DNA of 64,000 nt, from the NCBI GenBank assembly GCA_963668645.2, contig CAXXWC010000020.1:96001-160000 (forward strand), in the 5' to 3' direction. Below are positions 51,293 through 60,719 of the stretch, in pieces (the stretch's first letter is position 1; the number at the start of each line of letters is the position of its first letter). The stretch comes from Desulfobacterales bacterium (lineage in GTDB: Bacteria > Desulfobacterota > Desulfobacteria > Desulfobacterales > UBA2174). The notes below the pieces were generated by a model. It was given only the letters and a program-made list of their open reading frames with translations. It searched no databases and was not told the origin of the DNA. Made by a program: the position numbers and the translations under genes.

Positions 51293-52621
51293 TTACAGCA
51301 GCAGGGCAGCCAGCTCGGACAGTTCCGAGCGTTCGCCTTTTTCCAGGTTGATGTGGGCCGCCAAAGGCTGGTTCTTCATCTTTTCGATCAGATAGCTTAA
51401 TCCGTTGGAATGGCTGTCGAGATAGGGGTGGTCGATCTGAAAAACATCGCCGGAAAAGACCACCTTGGTGCCTTCGCCGGCACGGGTGATGATCGTTTTG
51501 ACCTCATGGGGGGTCAGGTTCTGGGCCTCGTCCACGATAAAGTAGGTCTTCACCAGGCTTCGGCCGCGGATGTAGGACAGGGGCGTGATCACGATCTTTT
51601 CTTCTGCAAGCATGTCACGGATGCGCCGTGCCATGCCGCTTTGGCCGCCCACCCCTTCCTGGATCACCGCCAGATTGTCATAGAGCGGCTGCATATAGGG
51701 GTCGAGTTTGGATTGGATATCGCCCGGCAGAAAACCGATGTCCTTGTTGGACAGGGGCACGATGGGCCGCGCCACGAAGATTTGCCGGTAGGTATGCCGC
51801 GTTTCCAGGGCCGCGGCCAGGGTCAGCAGGGTCTTGCCCGTGCCGGCCTTGCCCGAGAGGGTCACCAGTGGAACAGCCGGATTGACCAGGGCGTCCAGGG
51901 CAAAGGCCTGCTCGGCGTTGCGCGGTACGATGCCGTAGCAGGTGAGCTTGTCCGTGCGCCGGATGCGCTGTTTAAATGGGTCGAGGTGGGCCAGGGCCGA
52001 TTTTTTGCCGTTGCGCAGGATCAGAAATTCATTGGGGAAAAGATCGGCGCCCCAGTCCAGGCTGTCCCGGTCCAGGCCTTCTGCGTCGGCGTAGAGCTGG
52101 TCGATGAGTTCGGCGGCGATCCCTTCCACGATGCGCCGGCCCTTGTAAAGCTCGGTCAGGTTCTTGACGTGATCCGAAGTGTAATCGGCTGCCGGCAGGC
52201 CGAGGGCCTTGGCTTTCATGCGCAGATTGACGTCCTTGGTGACCAGAATCACCTGCCGTTGGGACGAGCGGCGCGCCAGGTGCCAGGCGGTGTTGAGGAT
52301 CCGGTGGTCGGGCCGGCTGTCGCCGAAATTGGCCTTTAGGGTTTCATCCAGCGGATGCTCCAGCATGACCTGGATCCGCCCCTTGCCCGGCCCGATGGGG
52401 ATGCCGCCGTTGAAGATGCTCTCGGTGCACAGATTGTCCAGGGAACGCAGAAACTGGCGGGCGTGGAAGTTGATGATCGCCCCGCCCTTTTTGAACTGGT
52501 CCAGCTCTTCGATCACCGTAATGGGGATGACGACATCGTGCTCGTCGAAATGTTCTATGCAGCTGCTGTCGTGCAGAATGACGTTGGTGTCCAGAACGAA
52601 GGTTTTGCTTTCGGCTGTCAT
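51293..52621 (-). CDS. PIN + PhoH ATPase protein (PhoH2/YlaK type)
   Basis: VLDTNVILHD, TKD.NLR, G.AGTGKT, RGRS, DEAQN, TRAGEG, RSELS. Confidence 0.92.
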   Translation of the reverse strand: MTAESKTFVLDTNVILHDSSCIEHFDEHDVVIPITVIEELDQFKKGGAIINFHARQFLRSLDNLCTESIFNGGIPIGPGKGRIQVMLEHPLDETLKANFGDSRPDHRILNTAWHLARRSSQRQVILVTKDVNLRMKAKALGLPAADYTSDHVKNLTELYKGRRIVEGIAAELIDQLYADAEGLDRDSLDWGADLFPNEFLILRNGKKSALAHLDPFKQRIRRTDKLTCYGIVPRNAEQAFALDALVNPAVPLVTLSGKAGTGKTLLTLAAALETRHTYRQIFVARPIVPLSNKDIGFLPGDIQSKLDPYMQPLYDNLAVIQEGVGGQSGMARRIRDMLAEEKIVITPLSYIRGRSLVKTYFIVDEAQNLTPHEVKTIITRAGEGTKVVFSGDVFQIDHPYLDSHSNGLSYLIEKMKNQPLAAHINLEKGERSELSELAALLL

Positions 52622-52722
52622 CAGCCCTCCATCGGCTTCAGGTATACGCCAAAATCCGCGCGGTGCCGATTCCTGGCAGCGTACTGAAAAGTTGCCACGA
52701 TATGTTGTGGCTGTCAACTGGC

Positions 52723-52768
52723 ATAGTCCACATCTAGTATTTGTTTAACAGTGCCCGCCTGGTATAAC
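52723..52768 (+). promoter_or_regulatory. Pho-box-like 11-bp repeats and -10 element for alkaline phosphatase
   Basis: ATAGT(52723), CTAGT(52734), TTAAC(52745); TATAAC at 52763. Confidence 0.45.
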
Positions 52769-52871
52769 TGCCCAGGGCGTGTTTTAATGGCCGCCTTTGC
52801 CGGCAGAGCCCCTATCGGCAGGCCTTTCGGACCGCGGTGGCCAATACGGATCCAAGAAAAAAGAGGCGAAG

Positions 52872-54428
52872 ATGAAGCAAAGAAGTTGGGGGACGGTTCT
52901 TGTGGTTGGGCTCATGCTCATGCTGGCGGCGAAAACGGCCGGCGCCGATGCGCCGAAGTACGTGTTTTTCTTTCTGGGCGACGGGATGGGCAGCGCCCAG
53001 ATCCAGGCCACCGAGGCCTATCTGGCGACCCGCTACGCCGTCGATCAGGGCCTGCCGGCGGGGCCGAACGCCGGGGAACTGGATGCCGGGTACCTGCAGA
53101 AGCCTGAAAACCGGCTCCACATGAGCCGGATGCCGGTGGTGGGGATGCAGACCACTTACAGTGCCTTTGCCCTGCAGACCGATTCGGCCTCGGCGGCCAC
53201 CGCCTTCGCTTGCGGCTTAAAGACTCGCAGCGGCGTGATCGGCATGGACGACGCCAAAACCCGCAGCTACAAGAGCATCGCCCAGCTGGCCCACGAACAG
53301 GGCAGAAAGGTCGCCATCCTCAGCAGCGCGTCTTTGGATCATGCCACCCCGGCGGCCTACTATGCCAGCGTCGCCGACCGCAACAACATGAACGCCATCG
53401 CCTCCCAGCTGGCCGCCAGCGGCTACGCGTTTTTCGGCGGTGGGGGCCTGGCCGCACCCACGGCCCCCAAGACCGAAAGCGATACGCACAACGATGTATG
53501 GCAACGGTTGAAGGAAAATGGGTACAGCGTACTGAAAAAACGCTGTGAGATCCTGGCGGTGAAGGAAAAACCCGCGGATCGTGTGGTCTGCATCAACCCG
53601 GTTTTGGACCGCAACGCCGCCATGCCCTTTGCCATCGACAAGCCGGACGGGAATCTTTCCCTGGCCGAGATGACCGAGGTGGCCATCGAGACCCTTTACA
53701 AGGGCCAAAGCGGCGCCGAGGGCTTCTTTATCATGGTCGAGGGGGGCAAGATCGACTGGGCCTGCCATGCCAACGACGCCATGACGGCCATCGGCGACAT
53801 GATCGATTTGGACGACGCCGTGGACAGGGCGCTGGTCTTCTATGGGCGCCATCCCCAAGAAACGCTCATCGTCGTCACCGGGGACCATGAAACCGGCGGC
53901 ATGAGCGTCGGTCACGCCACAACAGGCTACAAGGCCCGCTACGATCGGCTGTTGGGACAAAAACAGAGTTTCGACGGTTTCCGGGCCGGCCGTTGGGCCG
54001 AGCACAAAGCCGCCAATGCCCAGGCTTGTCCCAGGGTCGGCGTAGCCGGTAGCCTGGCCGGCAACAAGGAGATGCGCGAGCTGATGGGATCGGTCTTCGG
54101 GCTCGAATGGGCGGATCTGAACGCCTACCAGAAAGAAAAACTCGAAGACGCCTACGCTGAATCCCTTTGCGGCACCAACGGCAACAGCGAAGCCGAAAAC
54201 GCCCTGCTCTACGGCGCAAACGAACCCATCGCCGTAACGATCACCCACATCCTCGACGAGCAGGCCGGCATCGGCTGGACCTCCTACGTCCATACCGGGG
54301 TTCCGGTTCCGGTCTTTGCCCAGGGGCGGGAAGCCGGGGTTTTCGCCGGGTTTTACGACAACACGGACATCGCCAAAAAGCTGGCCAGAGTGATGAACAT
54401 CAGCGAGGGGCTGCCGGTACCCAAATAG
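52872..54428 (+). CDS. phoA: Alkaline phosphatase (PhoA family)
   Basis: Signal peptide, FLGDGMG, TDSASAAT, HATPA, MVEGGKIDWACH.ND, TGDHETGG, HTG. Confidence 0.92.
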   Translation: MKQRSWGTVLVVGLMLMLAAKTAGADAPKYVFFFLGDGMGSAQIQATEAYLATRYAVDQGLPAGPNAGELDAGYLQKPENRLHMSRMPVVGMQTTYSAFALQTDSASAATAFACGLKTRSGVIGMDDAKTRSYKSIAQLAHEQGRKVAILSSASLDHATPAAYYASVADRNNMNAIASQLAASGYAFFGGGGLAAPTAPKTESDTHNDVWQRLKENGYSVLKKRCEILAVKEKPADRVVCINPVLDRNAAMPFAIDKPDGNLSLAEMTEVAIETLYKGQSGAEGFFIMVEGGKIDWACHANDAMTAIGDMIDLDDAVDRALVFYGRHPQETLIVVTGDHETGGMSVGHATTGYKARYDRLLGQKQSFDGFRAGRWAEHKAANAQACPRVGVAGSLAGNKEMRELMGSVFGLEWADLNAYQKEKLEDAYAESLCGTNGNSEAENALLYGANEPIAVTITHILDEQAGIGWTSYVHTGVPVPVFAQGREAGVFAGFYDNTDIAKKLARVMNISEGLPVPK

Positions 54429-54491
54429 CTTGCAGGGGGAACCGGGGCCGCATTGTCATGCGGCGCTGCACCAGGCCGTGCACCGGTTTTT

Positions 54492-54788
54492 TCAATCCAT
54501 CGGATGGCGGCGCATTTGGGAGCGGGTACGCAGAGTGTCAAACAGGTGAAATTCTTCGGGAGGGATGCCGCTTGGTTTCACGCCGTAGCGCATGTAGTCG
54601 ATAAAGCGCTTCAGGTCCAGGGCGTAGCGGGTTCCCGGAGCCGGCTGCGGCGCACTCTGGCTGCGGTGCTTGTACATCATGCGCTCGGCCGCCGTGGCTT
54701 CGGCCTCGGCGATCATGACGATCTCTTCGTAATGCTTGTCTTTGACGGCTTGGACGAAATCGGAAATCTTGTGACTGTCGGCGATCAT
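54492..54788 (-). CDS. Hypothetical protein (98 aa)
   Basis: GGAG RBS, helical composition (AEAEATAAER, YALDLKRFI), own promoter with direct repeat. Confidence 0.65.
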   Translation of the reverse strand: MIADSHKISDFVQAVKDKHYEEIVMIAEAEATAAERMMYKHRSQSAPQPAPGTRYALDLKRFIDYMRYGVKPSGIPPEEFHLFDTLRTRSQMRRHPMD

Positions 54789-54898
54789 TGCATTTCTCCG
54801 CAGTAATAACGCATTCTTTTTTGGGTACCACCGGAAGCTTCCGCCTGCCTTGCCAAAGCTGCCATTATAAACGTGCTCTGGAGAGGGGCACCGCTACA

Positions 54899-54930
54899 AC
54901 CCTATGCGCGGATTGTTAGAATTCGGTTAG
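54899..54930 (-). promoter_or_regulatory. Pho-box-like direct repeat plus -10 element
   Basis: Minus strand CTAAC-cgaatt-CTAAC, 10 nt, TAGGGT. Confidence 0.6.
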
Positions 54931-54964
54931 TCGCCGCAGGTTTGTTCAACATTTTTCATGATCG

Positions 54965-55315
54965 GTGACCGAGGGCCATCCGGACTGGCTTTGCGATCAG
55001 ATCAGCGACGCCATCGTCGATCAGTTCCTGGCCCAGGAACCCTATGCCCGGGTGCGGGCCGAATGCGCCGTGTCGCTCAGCTACAGCATCGGCATCACCG
55101 AACCGGTATCGCTGCAGGTGCAGACCATCGGCACGGGACGCATTCCGGACGATGCCATCACCAGCCTCGTGGCCGCCAACTTCGATTTGCGTCATCTGCC
55201 GGCCAGGAACCGGGGTCGCTTCTACCAGCTGCTTGCGGCCTACGGGCATTTCGGTCGCACCGATCTCGAACTGCCCTGGGAAAGGACCGACTGCGCGGAG
55301 GCGCTTAGGATGTAA
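54965..55315 (+). pseudogene. metK: Internally deleted S-adenosylmethionine synthetase remnant
   Basis: VTEGHPDWLCDQISDAIVD (MetK N-terminus) fused in frame to LSYSIG..AAYGHFGR..PWE (C-terminus); central part absent. Confidence 0.8.
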
Positions 55316-55368
55316 GGATTGCTCTAAAAGGAAGGTGGCCGCTTGACACTGGCCGGATCCGGGGCGCG

Positions 55369-55482
55369 TTAGATCAGGGCGGCCAGCAGGGAGAGGCCGT
55401 TGGCTTCCAGGGACTTGCCGAGGGCCCAGCCGGCGAGGGCCCGGCCCATGGCGTGGCCGACCCTTTCCGCCGTCCGGTTCAT
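55369..55482 (-). CDS. Possible 37-aa small protein
   Basis: MNRTAERVGHAMGRALAGWALGKSLEANGLSLLAALI; AAGGAGG upstream but 16 nt from ATG. Confidence 0.3.
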   Translation of the reverse strand: MNRTAERVGHAMGRALAGWALGKSLEANGLSLLAALI

Positions 55483-55513
55483 GTAGGCCGCTGTTACGCC
55501 TCCTTTTTGACCT

Positions 55514-55801
55514 TTATGTATTTTTACAGCGCGGATAATTGGCGCAACGATAACGGATGTAATTCTGCTCATGCCTGTATACGTGCATCGGTAGGCGGCA
55601 GGCCGGGCACTCGGGCGTTGCGGCGGCGCGCGGCGCGCGGTGGCCGGCCACGAACTGGCGGCCGCACAGCAGGCATATGAATCGCTGTTTGCCGCTGGGT
55701 GCCTTGCCGTAACGGTTTACGGCTTGGGCGCTGCACCGCGGGCAAATAACCACGGGCGGGCACTTGGCCGTGATCTGCGTGGTGGCTTCGTTGGCTCGCA
55801 C
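55514..55801 (-). CDS. Double zinc-ribbon protein (InsA-like ribbon + C4-type finger); start uncertain
   Basis: CPRC..RYGK..GKQRFICLLCGRQF and CPAC..MHVY..RYRCANYPRC. Confidence 0.65.
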   Translation of the reverse strand: MRANEATTQITAKCPPVVICPRCSAQAVNRYGKAPSGKQRFICLLCGRQFVAGHRAPRAAATPECPACRLPMHVYRHEQNYIRYRCANYPRCKNT

Positions 55802-55835
55802 ACCGGCCGCATCGGCGGCCCGTGCTAGAAATTCG

Positions 55836-57689
55836 TTATGGCGCGACGAGTTGTCGGTTAACCGTTTTTTGGGCCGTAAAAGCCGATAATTCCTCGGGCA
55901 GGATCGCACCGGCGGTTTCGCAATAACTCAAGACGCCCAGGCAAAGACCGGACGGACTTTTTTTGGCCGTTTTTTTGAGCGAAGCCATGATTCGGCTCAA
56001 CGTTTCGATGGAACGGCAATCCCGCGCCCCGGCAGGAAGGTGCAGCAGCACGGTGCTGGCCCTGAGAAAAGGCAGCCGCAGCTTGCGGCCGTCACGGTCC
56101 GAAGCCTCGAGAAAGCCTTGGCGGATCGTTTCAGCATCGTAAAAGCTTTCCGCGTCGCGCGTGAATCGGGCGCTGAGCGCCGTGATGCGCGCGATCAAAT
56201 GCTCCAGGGGTATGTTTGACTGGAGGCCGAGGAAAAAATCGTCGCCGCCGATGTGACCGGCCATGCCTCCGGTTTCCTGGGCCAGTGTGCGCAGCAGTTC
56301 GGCAAAACGCAGGATGATGCGGTCGCCCTGGCGAAATCCGTATCGATCGTTGAAGGGTTTGAAATTGTCAAAATCGAAGTAGGCCAAATCATAGGCATTG
56401 GCGTCATCGCCCAGGGCCTTGCTCACAAACTCATAAATCGAGATGTTTCCCGGCAGCCGGGAAAGCGGATTCTGGTCCCGGGCCGCCACCAGGTTTTTTT
56501 CGTGAATGACCCGCAGCAGGGACGGCGGGCTGAGGAATCCCCGGTAGCGCATATCCTCGACGATCAGGATCCCTTCGAAGGCGGCGTTCTGGGAATAGAT
56601 TTCCAGGATTTTCTCCACCGGAGTGCGGATGTCGGCTATGGGCACCCTGCGGATGAAGCGGGCGATGCTCCCCCCGTAGGCCGGATTATGAAGCAGCTCC
56701 TGGCCGAAGCGCGAATAGGTGTAAGGTTTCAGGTCGCTTTCGCGCACGATTCCCAAAGGTTCGTCATTGGTGTCGATAACGGGTAAAAAATCGAGATCCC
56801 GGCTTTCCTTGAAGGCGTGGCAGATATCCAGGACGCTGATATCGTGGCGCACCGGCGAGGGCTGGGTCATGTTTGAAGAGATGCGAAGGCTATCCTCGCT
56901 GCTCCGGCCACGCCGTTCGGGGGCATTGAGCGCTTCGATGATGCCATAGCGCTCTTTGAGGGTGCCGGCGTCAAGAATGGGCCGCGCCACGAGAAATCCC
57001 TGTATCAGATCGCAGCCGATATCCCGGCAGGCAGTATATTCCTCCTTGGTCTCCACGCCTTCGGCGATTACCTGGCTGCCGATGATATGGGCGATGTTGA
57101 CGATGCTGGAAACGAAAAGCCGCTTCTTGGAATCTTTGGCAATTTCCTGGACAAAGAAACGATCGATTTTAAGAAAGTCGGGCTCGGCGATGTAGAGCAG
57201 TTTGAGGCCCGAAAAGCCGGCCCCGAAGTCGTCCACGGCGATCCGGAAACCTTGGCGGCGGTAAGCGGCCAGCAGGTCGGTCATTTCGCGGCTGGGAAAA
57301 ATTTCGTGCTTTTCACTGATCTCAAAGCAGATCCGTTCATGGTTCAAGCCATAGCGGCAAAGGATGCGCCCGGTTTCACCGGGCGTATAATCGCGTGAGC
57401 AGAGCAGCCGGTTGTCGAGGTTGAAAAAGAGCTTGGACCGGCCGTTGGCAATGGCAGCGAATTTGCGGATGGCGATTTCCCGCAGCCGCAGGTCGACCTG
57501 GTGCAGTACCCCCCTTGCAGCGGCGGCATCCAGAAATTGTTGAATGGATGTAAAGCCGGCCTCATCGACTCCCCTCAACAAGGCCTCGTACCCGTAGCAG
57601 TCTCCCGAGTAGATGTTCACGATGGGCTGCAGGGCGTAGTCCAGGCAGTCCAGCGCGTTTAGCCAGAAACGATCGTCCAGAGGCACCAT
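55836..57689 (-). CDS. EAL-(CBS-like)-GGDEF c-di-GMP signalling protein
   Basis: QPIV, YEALLR, EISE, DDFGAGFS, KID, AEGVE; NPLSRLPGN, DFDNFKPFND.YG, HIGGDDF. Confidence 0.9.
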   Translation of the reverse strand: MVPLDDRFWLNALDCLDYALQPIVNIYSGDCYGYEALLRGVDEAGFTSIQQFLDAAAARGVLHQVDLRLREIAIRKFAAIANGRSKLFFNLDNRLLCSRDYTPGETGRILCRYGLNHERICFEISEKHEIFPSREMTDLLAAYRRQGFRIAVDDFGAGFSGLKLLYIAEPDFLKIDRFFVQEIAKDSKKRLFVSSIVNIAHIIGSQVIAEGVETKEEYTACRDIGCDLIQGFLVARPILDAGTLKERYGIIEALNAPERRGRSSEDSLRISSNMTQPSPVRHDISVLDICHAFKESRDLDFLPVIDTNDEPLGIVRESDLKPYTYSRFGQELLHNPAYGGSIARFIRRVPIADIRTPVEKILEIYSQNAAFEGILIVEDMRYRGFLSPPSLLRVIHEKNLVAARDQNPLSRLPGNISIYEFVSKALGDDANAYDLAYFDFDNFKPFNDRYGFRQGDRIILRFAELLRTLAQETGGMAGHIGGDDFFLGLQSNIPLEHLIARITALSARFTRDAESFYDAETIRQGFLEASDRDGRKLRLPFLRASTVLLHLPAGARDCRSIETLSRIMASLKKTAKKSPSGLCLGVLSYCETAGAILPEELSAFTAQKTVNRQLVAP

Positions 57690-57750
57690 CGGGTGGCGGT
57701 ATCCTTTCCAGAACCTTTTTTACAGAAAATGAAATTAATCGGGCCGAATG

Positions 57751-57788
57751 GTTCGGTTTCGGTGAAGCCGGCGTTAAAATAATGTCAG
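57751..57788 (-). promoter_or_regulatory. Four Pho-box-like pentamers at 11-bp period upstream of the EAL-GGDEF gene
   Basis: Minus strand CTGAC-N6-TTAAC-N6-TTCAC-N6-CGAAC. Confidence 0.55.
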
Positions 57789-57855
57789 CGCGAAACGATA
57801 AAGCGTGTCGCGCGCCGCCGCGAGCGGCAGGAACGGAAAGAGCAGATCCGGCCGC

Positions 57856-57893
57856 CTAGCACAAATTTAGCCCCCCCATCGTTACTTTCTAAC
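57856..57893 (+). promoter_or_regulatory. Pho-box-like repeats upstream of the PHP-GT gene
   Basis: CTAGC(57856), TTAGC(57867), CTAAC(57889) in 11-bp phase; TACTTT at 57883. Confidence 0.5.
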
Positions 57894-57985
57894 TTCTCCA
57901 TGGTCCTTTGGCGCAACGCCTGATGCCGGATCCCTCGGTCACCGGGTGCCCCTGAAAGGTTGCCAAGACGCCAAAGGAGAGAGCA

Positions 57986-60426
57986 ATGAAGATCGATCTG
58001 CATGTGCACTCGCGTTTTTCCACGCGCCCCTCGGCCTGGATTCTCAAACAGATCGGCACTCCGGAAAGCTTCACCCAGCCGCTGCAGATCTACCGCATCG
58101 CCCGCCGCCGGGGGATGAACTGGGTGACCATCTGCGACCACAACCGCATCGAGGGGGCATTGGAGATCGCCCACCTGCCCCAGACCTTTGTCAGCGAGGA
58201 GGTCACCACCTACTTTCCCGAGGACCGCTGCAAGGTCCACGTACTGGCCTTCAACATCACCGAGGCCCAGCATCGCCAGATCCAGAAGGCGCGCGAGAAC
58301 ATCTTCGAGCTGAGCGCGCTGCTGCGCGCCGAGAAGATCTGCCACGCCCTGGCCCACCCCCTCTATCCGGTCAACGACCGGCTGACCCCGGTCCATTTCG
58401 AGAAGCTTTTGCTGCTCTTTCGCTGCTTCGAACTCAACGGGGCGCGCAACGACGAAACCAACGCCTGTTTGCAGCGGATCCTCGAATCGCTCAAACCTTG
58501 CGATCTCGAGCGCATGGCCGAGCGCCACAAGATGAGCCCCGCGGATCCGGACCCCTGGCGCAAGGTGGTGACCGGCGGCTCGGACGACCACAGCGGGCTG
58601 AACATCGCCCGGACCTACACTGTGGTTCCCGGCGCCGCATCGGTGGACGAACTGCTGGGCGGGATTGGAGCCGGCCGCGCCCGGGTGGTCCGCCAGCCCT
58701 CGACCCCCCGGACTCTGGCCCACAATCTCTACGGCATCGCCTACCAGTTTTACCGCAGCAAGCTGCATCTGGAACAGCATGTCCACCGGGACCGGCTGCT
58801 CGGTTTCGTGGACCGCTGCCTCAATCCCGAACCGGAGCCGATCCACCGGGGCGTGATGTCCCGTTTGTACTATTTCATGCCCCAGCGGCGCCGGGCCAGA
58901 GCGACGCGCGACATGTCCGACACCCTGCTGAACCTGCTGCGCCAGGAAACCTGGCGCTTGCTGGAAGATGCACCCGAACTGATGCAGCAGGCCGTCCGGG
59001 GGACCGGCGAAGGAGAGTCCAACGAGCGCATCTGGTTCGATTTCGCCAGCCAGGCGGCCAACCGTATGCTCCAGAGTTTCGCCGGTAACATCGTGCGCCA
59101 GCTCAACGGCGTCCGGGTCTTCAACGTTTTTCAGACCCTCGGTTCGGCCGGCGGCATGTACACCCTGCTGGCCCCCTATTTCATCGCCTATTCCCTGTTC
59201 ATGCGCGACCGGTGTTTTGTCCGGCAGGTCGAGGCCCACTTCGGGGCCCCGGCGGCAGCCCCCGATCCGCAGGCGGTGCATGTGGCCCACTTCACCGACA
59301 CTTTCTTCGAGGTCAACGGGGTGGCGCTCACCTTGCGCCAGCAGGTCTCCACGGCCCGCGAAGACGGTCTGGCCTACACCCTGGTGACCTGCGATGACCA
59401 GGACCGGCCGGCCCAGGACGGGATCGTCCTTTTCAAGCCGGTGGCCGCCTACGCCCTGCCCGAGTACCCCGAACAGAAGCTGTTCGTGCCGCCCCTGCTG
59501 GAGATGCTCGATTTTTGCTACAGCGGCGCGTCAGCCAGATCCACGTGGCCACGCCCGGCCCGGTGGGGATGGCGGCCCTGGCGGTGGCCCGGATGCTCAA
59601 GCTGCCCGTCTCGGGCACGTATCACACCCAGCTGCCCCAGTATGCGCGGCAGTTGACCGGCGACGACCTGATCCAGGATCTGGTCTGGAAATACACTGTC
59701 TGGTTTTACGATCAGATGGACTGCATTTACGCCCCGAGTCAAAGCACGCGCCAGGAACTCGTCCAGCGGGGGATCCGGCCCGAAAAGATTCACTGCTACC
59801 CGCGGGGCATCGACACCCGGCGTTTTCACCCGGCCAAGCGCAACGGTTTTTTCACCCAGCGCTACGGGATCGCCGCTCCGGTCAAGATCCTTTACGTGGG
59901 GCGGGTGTCGAAGGAAAAAAACCTGCCGCTGCTCGCCGAGGCCTTCGACGGCCTGGCGGCCCGGCGCGGCGATATCCATCTGGTGGTGGTGGGCGACGGC
60001 CCCTATCTGCCGGCCATGCAGCAGCGGCTGGAGGGCAGGCCGTGCACCTTTACCGGCTATCTGGACGGCGAGGATCTGGCCCTGGCATACGCCTCGGCCG
60101 ATATCTTCGTTTTTCCCAGCACGACGGACACCTTCGGCAACGTTGTGCTCGAGGCCCAGGCTTCCGGGCTGCCGGTGATCGTGTCCGATCAGGGCGGGCC
60201 GGCCGAGAACGTCAGGCCCGGGCAGACCGGCCTGGTGATTGCGGCCGAGACCCACGGGCCGTTGCAAGCCGCTATGCGCCAGTTGGCCGAAGACGCGCCC
60301 CTGCGCCGCCGCATGGGCCTCCAGGCCCGCGCGGCCATGGAAAAGCGGACCTTTTCCGAAGCTTTTCAGCAGACCTGGCAGATGTATGAAACCCTTGAAT
60401 CGACCCGGCCGGCGGTGGTCGCCTAG
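57986..60426 (+). CDS. PHP-phosphoesterase / GT4 glycosyltransferase fusion, interrupted by a 1-nt frameshift at ~59521
   Basis: DLHVHS, CDHN, AHP, GGSDDH; HFTDTFFEVNGVA then shifted frame HVATPGP, TYHT, YVGRVSKEKN, DTFGNVVLEAQASG. Confidence 0.85.
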
Positions 60427-60462
60427 GCCGGGTCGAAACCGAAATTCAGATCGAGGACAGAC

Positions 60463-60717
60463 ATGGTTCCGGATAAAAAAGAGATCAAACGCTTGATTCT
60501 GGGGCGCTTTCGCGTACTTGAACCCGAAACGGACTACCGCCTGCCCCGGCGCTGGGTCGAAGACTGGTGTCTGCGCGCCACGGGGCCCAAAGAGCGTCCG
60601 GTGGTCCAGGAGGCGGTGGGCGATCTGGTGGCCATCGGCATCCTGGACGAAGTCCAGCGCGGAATGGGCCAGCTGGAGCTGACGGAGATGGGCGCCCGGC
60701 TGATTCTGCGGGATTGA
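60463..60717 (+). CDS. Hypothetical 84-aa protein (possible winged helix)
   Basis: GAGGA RBS; AVGDLVAIGIL..LELTEMG pattern. Confidence 0.55.
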   Translation: MVPDKKEIKRLILGRFRVLEPETDYRLPRRWVEDWCLRATGPKERPVVQEAVGDLVAIGILDEVQRGMGQLELTEMGARLILRD

Positions 60718-60719
60718 AC

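Noticed and set aside
55514..55909. IS1-family insertion sequence
   Set aside because: Only a zinc-ribbon resemblance; no catalytic domain, inverted repeats or target duplication seen.
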